Shown here: positions 39,969 through 53,276 of the stretch, in pieces
How the letters are laid out: each line of letters begins with the position of its first letter
Position numbering within the stretch: the first letter of the stretch is position 1
Source: Eledone cirrhosa
Taxonomy: Eukaryota
DNA: 64,000 bases
NCBI GenBank assembly: GCA_964016885.1
Contig: OZ024743.1
Span: 178,064,001 to 178,128,000 of the forward strand
Reading direction: 5' to 3'
Notes under the pieces: generated by a model
What the model saw: the letters and a program-made list of their open reading frames with translations, nothing else
What the model was told of the DNA's origin: nothing
The model's database searches: none
Translations under genes and position numbers: made by a program

Positions 39969-41471
39969 TTATTTGTTTCCCTCTGTATTTTGTTTTTGGA
40001 GGGGGAAGGAAGAGAATTTTTTTCTTTTTTGGTTTCTTTTTTTTTTTCCGGATATCGTTTCCCACTCCTCGTCGTCGCAATCTGTCTCCAGTTGTGATAG
40101 GCCGGGGAGTGGAAAATCCTCCACAGCCGTTAGTTTTGGTTGTGGTGTGGTGGATGGTGTAGGCGCTGGTGCTAGTTCTGAAGCGTTGGGTGGTGGTGGT
40201 GTTGGTTTTGCTGGTGGTGGTAGTGGTGTTGGTTTTGCTACTGTTGCTGGGGTTGTTGCTGTTATAGTTGCTTCTGTTGTTGCTGCTACAGTTGTTGCTG
40301 CCATCTCTGCTACTGGTGGTGTTGATGGTTGTGTCACTGGGGTGGGTAGGAGAGGTGGCCTCAACCTTTTAGCCTGAGGGCAGAAAGCCCTTAGGTGGGT
40401 TCCTTCACCACAAACGACACACCTAGGTCTTCTGCCCTCGACAATTACCGTGAGGTGGCTGCCGTCAGTGAGGTCTATTACCTCTGGGATCTCCTCAATG
40501 CTTTTTTGGTCCGCTTGGATCAGGAGCTCCATCCCAGATCCGGACCAGTTTTCCTGCTTTTCTTTTGCTACTGCTATTATTTTCGTGTTGGCTTCGATGC
40601 CGGCGAGGACAGCCGCTATTAGCCAGGGAATTTCGATGGCCGGTGGAACGTGGGTCACCCTGATCTTTACGAGTCTCTGGCCACAATAGCTTGGGACGAG
40701 TGTGAGGTCGTCACTTTTTAATGGGGCCATGGAGTGTTCTCTAGCCTCCTCTGGTGTTTCAAAGAACACATCCACGGTTCCATACTTTTGCCCACGTCTG
40801 ATGTGGGTTTTTCTTGCCCACACATGTCCCAAAGCTTTTTGGATTTGGGACTCGGATGCCCGTTCCACTCGGCGCGATTTTACATTTATTGTTCTATACG
40901 ACACGGTGCACAGGCGCCGATGCTCCATTTTATTAGGTGGAGGGGGGGGGGTGAGGCTGACCCTGTACCCATCTTTCTTTACCATTTGTTTGGCATTTTC
41001 TAAATCTTCTTGAGTTACCGTGAACGCTTCGAATTGTTTTGCTACGATGGCGAAACTGAGGGTCGGTTTTATAATGTCATTGTTGTTGTTGTTGCTATCG
41101 TTAATATTAATTTTAGTTTCAGTTGTGGTGTTGGTGACGTCAGTCGTCTTTGGTGCGGAAGAGTCCATTTTGCTTGATTTCATTTCGACATCACGAGTTA
41201 ATTTATTTTTTTCTTCTTTTGTTTCTGTTGTCGCGGTGGTGGTGGGGGTGGTGGTTGACGCGGTGGTGGTGGTGGTGGAGGCTTTAACACCTGCAGTCAT
41301 TGGTAATGGCGGGAAATGAATGTCTGCCTGAGACAAATTTAAAATATTGTTACTGCTTATATTTTTTTTTGTGTTGGCAAACGTAGTAACATTTACAATG
41401 GTGGTGTCGGTGTGAGGTGTTATTTTGTGAGGAAGGCTTTCAGCTGCTTCGTGCAGAGGTGAAGTAGCCAT
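39969..41471 (-). CDS. T1 ORF1 (gag-like: RRM-like region + CCHC zinc knuckle + Pro/Thr-rich tail); probably frameshifted near the 40020 homopolymers
   Basis: CVVCGEGTHLRAFC = CX2CX4HX4C; upstream of ORF2; homologous to T2 ORF1. Confidence 0.8.
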   Translation of the reverse strand: MATSPLHEAAESLPHKITPHTDTTIVNVTTFANTKKNISSNNILNLSQADIHFPPLPMTAGVKASTTTTTASTTTPTTTATTETKEEKNKLTRDVEMKSSKMDSSAPKTTDVTNTTTETKININDSNNNNNDIIKPTLSFAIVAKQFEAFTVTQEDLENAKQMVKKDGYRVSLTPPPPPNKMEHRRLCTVSYRTINVKSRRVERASESQIQKALGHVWARKTHIRRGQKYGTVDVFFETPEEAREHSMAPLKSDDLTLVPSYCGQRLVKIRVTHVPPAIEIPWLIAAVLAGIEANTKIIAVAKEKQENWSGSGMELLIQADQKSIEEIPEVIDLTDGSHLTVIVEGRRPRCVVCGEGTHLRAFCPQAKRLRPPLLPTPVTQPSTPPVAEMAATTVAATTEATITATTPATVAKPTPLPPPAKPTPPPPNASELAPAPTPSTTPQPKLTAVEDFPLPGLSQLETDCDDEEWETISGKKKRNQKRKKFSSFPLQKQNTEGNK

Positions 41472-41678
41472 TTTTTTTCAAAGAAATTTTTTGATAATAA
41501 TAAAAGTTAAAATTTTGGGCACAAGGCCCAATCTTTTTGGGTGTCCTTTTCGGAAAACAATGTATGTGTGCTTATAAACAGTTAACAATAAAATTTTCCA
41601 TAAATGGCAATTTTTAACAAACAGAAATAACAAACCTTTGCGGAGCTCACGATGATACGATTTACTACGTAGGTCGCC

Positions 41679-41742
<64 letters not shown>

Positions 41743-44557
41743 GAGAACATCAAACGCCAAATAAACCTTCTCCGATCTGACATAGAAATTTTAAAAAACT
41801 ATAAAGTAGGTGAACATGTTAAACAAACTAAACTTAGAAAATTGAAAAGAAAGTACAGTATACAATCAACAAGTGACATAGGCATGCTGATAGAAATAAT
41901 CAAGCAAAAAGTGTCGGCCAAAGCTGCTCGTATAAGGCGCTTTGAAAAACGATCTAGATTCTATAAGGACAATAATATGTTCAAAACCAACCAAAGAAAC
42001 TTCTACAGAAAAATTGGTAAGTCAACAATAACTGCTAAATCAATACCATCCAAGGAGGAAGTGCAAGAATTCTGGGAAAAGATCTGGGCCGAAGAAAAAG
42101 TACATAATATACATGCCCCATGGATAGACAGACAAATGAAAGATACAGCTCACCTTGAGGAACAAATATGGGAAAATATTACAGTTGAACAGTTGCGTTT
42201 GGCTCTAAGAAAAACCAGCAAATGGAAATCCCCAGGAAAAGACAAAATACAAATTTTTTGGATAAATGCCTTCACAGAGAAGATACCATCATGGCTAGTT
42301 AACGGCATTACATTCCTGCTTCCGAAGAATGATGAGACAAACAATCCCAAAAATTACAGACCGATAACTTGCTTGACCACAATGTATAACATTTTAACAT
42401 CAGTCCTAACTGAATATACATATGACCACCTGATAACAAATGACCTATTTCCCATTGAGCAGAAAGGGTGTAAACGAGGCTCATATGGCTGTAAGGATCA
42501 GCTTTTGGTTAACAAAATGATACTGGAAGATTGTCATAATAGACACAAAAATCTATCAATTGCTTGGATAGATTATAAAAAAGCATTCGATAGTTTGCCA
42601 CACAGTTGGATTGAAAAATGTTTAGAGATTTTCAAAATATCCCCCGTTGTCAGGAGGTTTTTGTCATTCAGTATGAAGACATGGAAAACGACACTCCTTT
42701 TGAATAGTGAAACAAAATCACTGGAAGCTGGAGAAGTTAATATTAATTGTGGAATTTTTCAGGGTGACTCTTTATCACCGCTTTTATTCTGCATCGCACT
42801 TATACCATTAAGTAAAATGCTCAATGAAACAAAACATGGATATAAAGTCTATGACAAAACCATTAATCACTTGTTCTACATGGATGACCTGAAACTATTT
42901 GCAAAAAATGATGAACAATTGCAAGGGCTATTATCCACTGTGAAGCAGTTCAGTAATGACATTAAAATGGAGTTTGGACTAGATAAATGCGCCAAAGCAA
43001 CGTTCACCAGAGGAAAGCTCCTGAAGAGTTCAGACATTAATCTTGATCGAGGGAATGTGATAAGAGAACTTGATCAAGAGGAAACTTACAAATATCTAAG
43101 TGTTTGTGAAGGAGACGTAATCAAGCACTCGACAATGAGGGAAAGGATAAGGAAGGAATGTTACCGCAGAGTAAGAGCAATCTTAAGAACGGAATTGAAT
43201 GCAAGGAATAGGATCGATGCCATAAACGCGCTTGCCATACCAGTAGTAACCTACAGTTACAATGTCATCAACTGGTCAAGCACAGAGATCCGTAGGCTCG
43301 ATACAAAAATTCGAAAATTCTTAACCATGCACAGAATGCATCACCCTAAGGCAGATACAGATAGAATATATCTCCTTAGGAAAGAAGGAGGACGTGGGTT
43401 AATCCAGTTAGACATTGCGTTGAAAACTGCAACAATTGGATTATCTACATATCTAAGGGAATCACATGATTGGATGATCAAACTCGTTTTGAAACACGAA
43501 AGCATCAAAAGATCATACTCCATTACAAAAGATGCACAAAGATACAGTAATGGACTACACATTTCAGAAGTCCCATTTACTGCTGAAATGGAAAACACAG
43601 AAAAAGCAAAGCAGTTAAAAGTAACTGCAAAGAAAGAACTGCTGCATAAACTGGCTAAGAAATGGCAAGAAAAGCCTCTGTATGGAAAATGCCCAGAACG
43701 AGCTAACAATCCTGATGTTGACAAAACTTTAACCCATCAGTGGTTGGTATCCTCTGGACTGAAATCGGAGACTGAAAGACTGATTATATCAGCACGAGAT
43801 CAGTGTCTGCCAACAAAAAATTACCAAGCCAACATAATAAAAAATGGATGCAGCCCATTATGCCGTGTATGTAAAAAACAACCAGAGACCATTGACCATA
43901 TAATTTCAATGTTCAGTCCTATAGCTCCAACCGAATACCTAAACAGGCATGACAGAGCTGCACAATACATACATTGGATAATGTGTAAGCATTTTGACCT
44001 GCCCCATCAAAAGAATTGGTGGGAGCATCAACCACCTCCCATACTTGAAAAAGATCACATCTCAATCTTGTGGAACTTTAGCATCCAAACAGACCGAAAC
44101 ATAGATGCAAATGACCTGATATAATATTGAAGGACTTTAAAAAGAGGGTATGCCTGCTAATTGATATGTCCGTTCCAATAGACAAGAATGTATCTATAAA
44201 AACATTTGAAAAATTGAGCAAGTATAAGGACCTGGAGATAGAAATTGGAAAAATGTAGAAATTGAGAACTAAAACAATACCAGTGGTTGTAGGCGCTCTA
44301 GGACTGATACCTATTACTTATCGCAAATCCCCGGAAACCCGCGTATAGGAGAAATACAAAAGATAGTACTAATGGGAACTGCCCATATACTAAGGAAGAT
44401 TCTGTCAATATAAGTACATCACAAGTCTAAACACTAAAGTTGCATGTGTGAGTATGTAGGTTCTTTCTTGAACATGGCGGACCTTGTTGTCTCTTGAGGT
44501 CACTGGTTGTGACTTGGTGATAACTCGTATGAACATAAAGCAAGATAAATGCAGCTG
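41743..44557 (+). mobile_element. 5'-truncated R4/Dong-like RLE LINE, family A (defective), with (TAA)n tail
   Basis: ORF 41842-44124: [57 protein letters not shown]; ~20-aa deletion at ~42273; RLE region broken by frameshift and stops. Confidence 0.9.
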
Positions 44558-44772
44558 TAATAATAATAATAAAAATAATAATAATGATTTCATTTATTAG
44601 CCACAAGGGCCGACATGTAGGGGACAATACAAAGACAGGGACAGTGGGGGTTTACAATAAGGTCGAGTAAAAGTGCACAATGGCAAGACTAATTTAACAA
44701 TGAACCAATCCTGAACCACCCTGCGCTTCTAGAGCACCCAGGGAGAGCACCCCTCTGCTCAAGTTAGCTAGC

Positions 44773-47633
44773 CTATAGGCGCATGGTCAGAGTAGGCCCA
44801 TTCACACGAGCCATTCTCGCCACATTCACCCACCTTTTAGCAAATGTACTGGGGGGGGGGAGCATTTGTCTCTCCACCCTCACCTTCCTTTCCAGGTGAA
44901 ACTTGAAGAAGTTGATGAGGGATTGGCCGAAGCGAAAAGTGTCTGTCTTTAGTCCTTTCAACCTGGTCCACCATATAATCACTTTCGCAACTGCCACCAG
45001 ACAGAGGAAAATTTCCTGCTCTTCCTGACCTAAGGAAGGCGGTGGATCGATCTTCACTATGGACTCGGCCGATAGCCGGATTAGTACCACACGCGACAGT
45101 AGCTGTTCGACATAACTCCACAAGTGAGTAATGCACGGACATTGGACAAGAGCGTGAAGAACGGTTTCGTCGTTCTGTGCGCATCTTGGGCAGTCCGTCT
45201 GACAGCACTTCCGTGCCTGTAGAGTTTATCCCGAACCAGCAGTGCCCCCCGGTAGCACTGCCAAGCGAGGGATTTCTGGAAATTGTCCATCGTCCCCGGC
45301 TCAGAAGTCCTCCGGTACAGACTGGTCAGTTCGACTTCGTCGAGGCCCAAGGCTTCTGCATGTGCGTCATCGCACTTGCCCACCACTAATCCTCTATAGA
45401 ACTCGAGAGTGGAAGTTCCACTGATCGCATTGCCCGCTTGGTAGAGGGCAGTGAGTGCCTGGCAACATTCCAGGTGCCAGTCACCCAGTCTCGGTCTCTT
45501 CTTGACCCAGGACTGCAGCTCAGTCAAAGAAATGAGCTGCGGAAAGGCCCGTCTGATAAACGGCGACCACACCTGTTCACCATTGAGGCAGAATATCTGG
45601 AGATGTCGCAGCCTCAACGCATGTCTGCGCATCATTAGCCACGGCATGCCCAGCCCTCCGCGTAGAGGGTGCTGGCAGCAGATGGACCGCCTCACCAACG
45701 GAACTTGTCCCCTCCACAAGAATTTGAAGAGGAGCCGTTCCAACTTGACGAGGCGCGGACGGGGGCAAGGCACGACGGTTAGGCAGTAATAAATGACGGA
45801 CGCGATGTACGCATTCGCCACCTCCGCGCGACCTTTCAGTGATAGCTTCCTCCCAGCCCATTTTTGGGTGAGACTGGCTACTCTGCTCGTTACCTCGTCC
45901 CAATTCTTTTCCACCTGGAGGTCTGGCCCGAACCAAACCCCGAGCAACTTTACTGGTCCGTCCGTCCAGCGCCCCACGACGCTGTTGGACGGCATGGGCT
46001 TGCCTCTCCAGGTTCCGAGCTGCAAGCCCACCGACTTTTCCGGGTTAAGTTTGGCTCCTGTCAACCTTTCATATTCCTTCAATAAGGTGCCGACCACTTC
46101 GATTTCTGAGGTGTTCGACATCATCATGGTGATGTCGTCCGCATAAGCCGACACCGCCTTTCCACGTCCCGGTTCGAGCGGGGTGCCCTGCAACAGCTCC
46201 AGCTTCCGCAGTAAAAGCTCGAGAGTCAATACGTACAGAAGGGAAGAGAGAGGGCACCCCTGACGGACCGATTGGGAGCGCCGAAATGGTTCCGAGAGGT
46301 GGCCATTAACCTTGACCACCGAGCGTGTGCCGCTGTGCATTGCAACGATCCAGCTTCTAAAGACAGGGCCGAAGCCAGCTGCTCTGAGGACAAACTCCCG
46401 ATGGTCCACCCTATCGAATGCTTTCGATTGATCTAAATTGATCAGTGCCCCACCGAAGCCATGTTTACACCCTACCCTCTCTATGATGTATCGCATGAGG
46501 TGGAGATTGTCGTGTATGGACCTGGCTGGGATTGCGCAAGTTTGCGCCTCCCCAACCAAATCCTCGACGACGAGCGCCAATCTCTTTGCTAACACCTTGG
46601 CCAAAATCTTAAACTCTGTGTTGAACAGAGTTATGGGCCTGAAGTTGTCTAATGTATGCCTCTTGTTCTCGTCTTTGCTTATCAGCGTCACTACTCCCCT
46701 GCTCACAGAACTGGGAATACTCCCATTCTGCTGCCAGTTGCAGTAGAGTGCTTCGAGGAGTTCGGAGAACAAGTCTAGCATATTTACGTAAAGCTCGTAG
46801 GGCAGGCCATCCAAACCGGTTGACTTGCGCCTCATGCAGCCGACAAGGTGGTCCTGAATTTCGGCTGAAGTAATCGGCCTTTCGCAGCGCTCAGCGTCGA
46901 CCGTCGAGATGCGGGGCAAGCCGTCAAGGTAGGGACTGAAATCCGCTACTCTGTCTGACTCGCGACTCTCCCTGAACAACCGAGCAAAGTGCTGGCGAAA
47001 GACCTCACACATCCGCTTGGAATCGCTTATCTCGTGTCCGTTTCGGTCCGCCAAAGACCGAATTGTGGTTTTATTACCACGCTGCGCCTCCACCACGCGG
47101 GCCCATCGAACAGCTTTAGTTCCCTCGTTTCTCAGCGCACGCGCCTTAACTCTGACAATGCAACCTTCGTGTTTGGCATTGAAGAAATGGTCTAATGCTA
47201 TTCTCGCCACTAGCACGTCAGTTGCGATGCCACTACAAATAGCCTCGTCTAACTTATCTACCAGCTCCCCCTCCTTTCTATTTTTCTCTAACGCTAGTTC
47301 GTTGCTGAACTCTATCGAAGTTACTCTAATCTCTCTTTTGAGCGCCACCCACCATCTGTTGTTTATGATCCCCCTGTCAACTTTTGCTTAACTCGAGATC
47401 CAGTCCTTTCCTAAACAGCACTTCCACCCCACCCCCATTCCCGGCCTGCTAACAGATGCGAAGATCTGATAGTCGTCGAAAATGGGGGCTAGTGCGCGCG
47501 TGTCAGAAATTCTGGTCTCGCTGACGGCAATCACATCCATTTTCAGCGACCTGAGGTCGTTGAGCAGGTGACCCTGATTCCAGGGTGACCCCAGGCCACG
47601 AACATTTAAACTTCCTACTCTTAATATGGCCAT
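44773..47633 (-). pseudogene. T2 ORF2 (APE largely deleted at ~47385; RT; zinc finger frameshifted at ~45200)
   Basis: MAILRVGSLNVRGL, RPITLFN, DQSKAFDRV, SVRQGCPLS, AYADD. Confidence 0.88.
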
Positions 47634-47662
47634 ATTGGTAAGCTAAGAGAGAGAGGGAAGGT

Positions 47663-49653
47663 TTACTTACCTCCCGGGGTCTTGTGAAGGTCGGGTGGTT
47701 CGATCTCCATGGTTGGTGGGGTTTCTTTTGGGAACCCCTTTAAAAGTCTTGATGTGGGTTTCACATTCGGGGTTCCCACGTCTTGAGGAAAGCTCTCTCG
47801 AATTTCTTTGAAAGAATTGAGTGACATTCGGACCAGAAGCAAATCTTCTGGCACGCAAAATGTGCTCATTTCAAAAATCTCCCCTTCTGTTTGAATGTCC
47901 TCGCTTCGTGCTAAGAGGACCATCAGTTTATCGTTGACCCTTCTGACAAGCACGAAGTTTTAACATTTTGTTGGTGTGGTTTTATTTGTTTTCGTTCTGG
48001 TGACTGTGGTGGTGATGGTTTTGGTGGTGTTGTTTCGGGTATGTCTATGTTTGTTGTAGGTGTGGTGTCTGCAATTTCAGGTATTTGTGTCTTTATTTGT
48101 ACTTGTGTTTGTTTAGGTTGTTTGCGTTTCGGGAATTGTGGAGGTGGTGTCGATGTTGCTGTTGGTGATGATGTTATTGGGGAAGTGTTTGCGTTAGTGG
48201 TGTCTGTATTTTTTGTTGTGTATGTTTTGTGTTTTATTGGGGCTTTTTTTTGTGAGTTTTCTCTGTTTTTTTGCACTTTTGGGTTTTCCTTCATCTTCGC
48301 TGCTGGAAGACAAAGGGTCTGTGTCTGTGAGTCTCTCTGTGTATGTGTGTGCGTTTATTGTTTTGTCTATGTGCATAATTGCGGGGGTAGGGGGAGTGGG
48401 AGAGCTTTCCTCGTTTTCTCCTTGGATTGGTTTTGGTGTTGGTGGTGATCCGGCTGTTTTTGATGTTGGTGTCCGTGTTTTTGTTGGTGTTGTTTTTGGT
48501 AGTGGTGGTGGTGCAGCTTTCCGTGTTGACACTGGCGTTGGCAACAAAGGAGGTTTGCGGCCCCCTGCATTTTTGCGCTGAGGGCAGAAGGCTTGAAGAT
48601 GCGTTGCTTCCCCGCAGACGAAGCAGCGTGGCCTTCTTCCGTCAATGATTAGTTGGATTGTTGTTTCGTCCTGCAGGTGGGCAAAATCCGGGATGTTATT
48701 CATATCCTCCGTTTCATTTGGAGAAGAATCTCCAAATCCATTCCGGACCCGTCCTCTCTCTCTCTGTCCTTTTGATATCCAGGAGGGTAGTGTCTGTCCC
48801 CTCCTCGATTACGCATCCCAGTAGCCACCATATGTTCATTCCTGATGGGATGCTGGGAATGCGTACCTTTACTGTCCTTTTACCCATGTAGGACGGATGC
48901 ATGATAATGCGTTCCGTTCTGCAGGGGGTCACCGAGTGCTTAATAGCGAGGGCCTCGATTTTGAACAGTACCGAGATGGTACCGAACTGTTTGCCTCTTG
49001 CTTTGTACTCTGTTACTTCAGATGTACTCCAAAGCAGCCTCGACCTCTGCTTGGCTCGCAAGTTCCACTTTTCGTGTCTGTACCGAAATACATCGAAAGA
49101 ACACCGTCCTCCTTTGCATGGCCGCTATTGCCTCGTTCGGAATGGTCAGGTTTGCCCAGTACTTCTCCCGTTTAATTAGCCTCCACGCTTTGGCCAACTG
49201 TTCGTCTTTATCGCTAATATCAATATCAATATTCAATAAGCGCTTTGTTTTTGCTGCTGCTGCAGCAAATGTGATGTTTCTGATGCTCTTATTGTTGGTG
49301 TTGTCATTCTTGCTGTTGTTATTGGTGTTGTTGTTGTTGTTTTGTTTGTTGATGCTGTTTCCACCGCCATCCGTGTTTACATTGAAGCTGTCGGTGTTAT
49401 TGTCGTTATTGCTCTGAGTTGTTGTTGTTGTGGTGGTGGTGGTGGTGGTGGCGGTGGTGGTGATGTCGTTTTCAGATGATACTGCTGCTATGCCAGAAGA
49501 TTGTGATGGTAGCTTTTTAGTTTTGCCTTCACATTCAGTAGAGTGGATGACAGGCATGACTATAGCCGTCGTAGTCGTGGTGAAATCTACAGTGGCTGCC
49601 TTTAAACTTTTGACCTGAACGTTGTTTACCGTTTCAAGGTCGAACATTTCCAT
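47663..49653 (-). pseudogene. T2 ORF1 split by about four frameshifts
   Basis: Successive track ORFs 49018-49653, 48714-49061, 48194-48703 (CFVCGEATHLQAFC), 47923-48294 and 47663-47953 are collinear with T1 ORF1. Confidence 0.8.
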
Positions 49654-49905
49654 AATTTTTTTTGGTGTGGAAGCGATTTTTTTCGAAGTTTTTTTAAAAT
49701 AAAACTGAATATTCGGGCTTAAAGCCCGAATATTGAGAGGTATCCCTCTCTTTAAATCAATATGTGTACCTTAAGTTTCGTTAACGACAAGAAAATACAA
49801 AAAATGACACTTTAAAACAGCTTAAAGTTACGAATCTTTCCCCCGCAGATTTGTACTGTCTTCACACATGTGCGGCCATATAATAATAATAATAATAATA
49901 ATAAT

Positions 49906-52900
49906 TGGAAATGGAGAGTGGAGTATGCCAGGCAAACGAGCCAGTGGGAAATGAAGATGAAGAGGTTGAGAGAACGGAGGAACCATCAGAAGCAGACAAT
50001 GATCTGAATGCTGAAATAAATAATACCTGGAACAAAGATACGGCCATTGAGGAGATGAATGCGGACGGGCTAGGACAAGATTTGGTTGATATCCTAAACT
50101 TAGTGGTAGATGAATTAAACAATGATAGTGGGAAACCTATGAACCTAAGATTTGTAGACAGGAAAAAGTTAAAAGAAACAACAGCTAAGGTAAACAAAGT
50201 CATCCCATACCTTGAGGTGAGCAGCCTTCACCATGCAACAATATCCTCAAAGCAACAGCAAATGCGGTGAGGAAATTACTTGGTATAAAAGCGAGAGGAA
50301 ACAACAAACAAGAAAGATCAGAGCCTTGGTGGAAGAAACGACTGAGTGGTCAAATCAGGGAAATGAGAAATGACATTGGAAAGCTTGAGTCCCTACTGAA
50401 TGGGACACTAAAAAACATAGACACTAAAAATAGACTGGAAATAAAGTACAAAACTAGGAGGAAAAAGCTAAATATTATCATAGAAGTGAAGCAACGCATT
50501 GTAGCAAATAGTGCAAAAATTAGGCGATACGAGAGCAGAGTCAGTCAGTATAGACAGAACCGCATGTTTGACAACAACCAGAAGATGCTGTTTGGACAGC
50601 TTGAGGGGAAAGAAAGAGGCAACGACTTGATCCCTGAGGTGGAACAAACTAAAACATTCTGGAGAGGAATATGGGAGCAGGATGTTAAACATAATGACCA
50701 GGCAGTGTGGATTGAGACAGTACAGAAGGAGATTAGTGAACAGGCACACCAACAATCTGACTTGAGTATCATAGTTGAAACTCTTAAGGGGCAGGCCAAA
50801 AAACTTACCAACTGGAAATCACTAGGCCCAGATGGTGTAAAAATATAACATCCCTCCACCCGAAACTGACAACCATGTTCAATGACTGCTTGATGTCAGG
50901 TGAGGTACCAGAGTGGTTGACAAAAGGTACCACAGTTCTGGTAATGAAGGACCGAATCAAGCGTAATGATGTTACATACTATAGACCTAGCACATGTCTG
51001 TCCGTAATGTGGAAACTGTTGACAAGCATTATGTCTGAGGCAAGCGGTGGATTGGCAGTATCGGTAGAGGGTCGGACGCCATGCTTTCCAGCATAGTTAC
51101 GTCCCTTTACGATCTGAGTTCAAATCCCGCCGAGGTTGACTTTGCCTTTCATCCTTACGGGGTCGATAAAATAAAGTACCAGTAATGCACTGGGTAATTA
51201 CTGGCCTTGTGCCTACAGTAGAAACAATTATGTCTGAGGAAATCTACCATCACCTCCACACAAACAAATTGTTACCGGACGAACAGAAAGGATGCCAAAA
51301 GAAGTCCCGTGGTACAAAGGACCAGTTACTTATTGATAAGATGGTAATGAGGAATTGCAAGAGGAGACACACTGGTCTTGCCATGGGATGGATAGACTAC
51401 AAAAAGGCATTTGACATGGTGCCTCATTCTTGGATCACCAAAAGCTTAGAGATCTTCAAGGTGGCAGATAACATCAGACAGTTGTTGGGCAAAGGTATGA
51501 AGTCCTGGGAAACAGAGTTACCATCAGCTGCAGAATCCTTGGGAGGCGTGAAGATCAAGAGAGGTATCTTCCAGGGAGATAGTCTGTCCCCTCTGTTGTT
51601 TGTCCTTGCCCTGATACCCCTGACCATTATACTGCGAAAAGTGAGAGCAGGATACAAGTTGGGAAAGGGAGAGCTTACCATCAATCACCTCCTCTTCATG
51701 GACGATCTTAAGCTCTTCGGAAAGTGTGAGAAGGAGTTGCATGTGCTTGTTGACACTGTCCGTATTTTCAGCAATGATATATGTAGGCAATTTGGTATTA
51801 GTAAGTGTGGAGTCCTTGTGATGAAGAGGGGTGAATTGAGCAGAAGCAACGGAATCCAGGTACCAACAGGTGAGATGATAAATGAAATTGACACTGAAGA
51901 AGGATGCAAGTATTTGGGTGTTCTGGAGGCTGATGACATCAGGAACAAAAAAATGAAGGAATTGATAAGAACTAAATACATTCGGAGAGTAAGGAGCGTA
52001 TTAAAGTCACATCTGAACAGTAGGAATGCCATAAGTGCAGTAAATTCCCGAGCTGTGTCTATTATTAGGTACAGTGCGGGAATTCTGAGATGGAATGTTG
52101 CTGAACAAAAAGAAATGGATAGGAAGACTAGGAAGCTATTGACTATCTACAACATGTTCCACAAGAGGAGTGATGTCGATAGACTCTACTTAAGGAGATC
52201 TGAAGGTGGAAGAGGTCTTATCAGCATAGAGGACTGTGTTCAGATGGAGAAAAACAACCTACACAAATAGGTGACTGATAGTAAGGAGCCAATGCTCAAA
52301 ATTGTACTGAAGGAGAGGACAATAGACCAGGGGATGTCCAAGGAGGAGATAACAACAAGGAGAAAGAGCAGCCTTCAGGAAAAATCCTCTCATAGTACCT
52401 TCTTTGAGAAAACTGAATTCAGAGATCTACAGACATGGAACTGGTTGAAAAGAGGAGACCTTAAAAAGGCGACAGAAGGAATGTTAATGGCTGCGCAAGA
52501 GCAGGCCCTCAAAACGAAGTGGTTGAAACACCATATTTACAAGGAGGAGGCTAGACCACTGTGCAGGATCTGTGGAGAGAGAGAGGAGACTGTGGCTCAC
52601 ATTGTATCCGAGTGTAAACACCTAGCCCAGACTCACTATAAAGGCTGGAGACATGATGTGATGGGCAGCGTGATCCACTGGCACCTATGCAAAGTAAACA
52701 ATTTACCACACTCTGAGAAGTGGTATGAGCATAAGCCAGAGTCGGTGATAGAAAACGATCAGGTGAAGGTGCTGTGTGATTTTAGGATACAGACGGACAA
52801 AAAACTGGAACACAATACACCTGACCTGGTGGTTTTGGACAAAGAAAAAAGATCGTGCCTGATTGTGGATGTGGCCTGCCCATTCGACACGAGAGTGCAA

Positions 52901-53198
52901 GAGAAGAAGAGGGAGAAAATTAACCGATACCAGGACTTAGAGTGGGAGGTAAAAAGGATTTGGAACTGCCATGAAGTCAAAGTGGTCCCGATTGTCATAG
53001 GCGCACTAGGTACTATCTCAAAAAGTTTCCAGGGATGGTTAAAGAAAATTGGCCCCTTCACGCTTTTTGGAACACTTCAAAAGACATGCTTGCTGGGACC
53101 AGCAAGAACCCTCCGATACGTCCTGAATATCTGAGGCTTGATATTCATTTCAACAAACTTTCCAGTTAACTAACATCAATGACCGAGACTCAAAGAAT

Positions 53199-53200
<2 letters not shown>
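49906..53200 (+). mobile_element. R4/Dong-like RLE LINE family B, copy B1 (longest 5' extent; frameshifts, SINE insertion, TAG stop at 52268-52270)
   Basis: PWWKKRL, FMDDLK, CRIC-x8-H-x4-C, PD-x13-D RLE motif. Confidence 0.9.
51041..51226 (+). mobile_element. Young tRNA-derived SINE with a 13-bp TSD, inserted in B1
   Basis: A box TGGCAGTATCGG, B box GAGTTCAAATCC; TSD ATTATGTCTGAGG at 51028-51040 and 51227-51239. Confidence 0.9.

Positions 53201-53276
<76 letters not shown>

Larger units (their letters stand above)
35827..41678 (-). mobile_element. Full-length Tx1/L1-clade non-LTR retrotransposon, copy T1 (~5.85 kb), inserted in (ATT)n
   Basis: 5' UTR, ORF1, ORF2, and a 3' UTR with AATAAA; (TAA)n on both flanks. 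Confidence 0.9.
44586..49877 (-). mobile_element. Tx1/L1-clade element, copy T2 (both ends present, internally deleted), inserted in (ATT)n
   Basis: Diverged paralogue of T1; (TAA)n on both flanks; same 3'-terminal motif. Confidence 0.9.

Noticed and set aside
51041-51135. A/B boxes here and at 29500-29560, 34200-34258 and 63600-63680 as tRNA genes
   Set aside because: No cloverleaf; they continue into SINE bodies and tails, one with a TSD.
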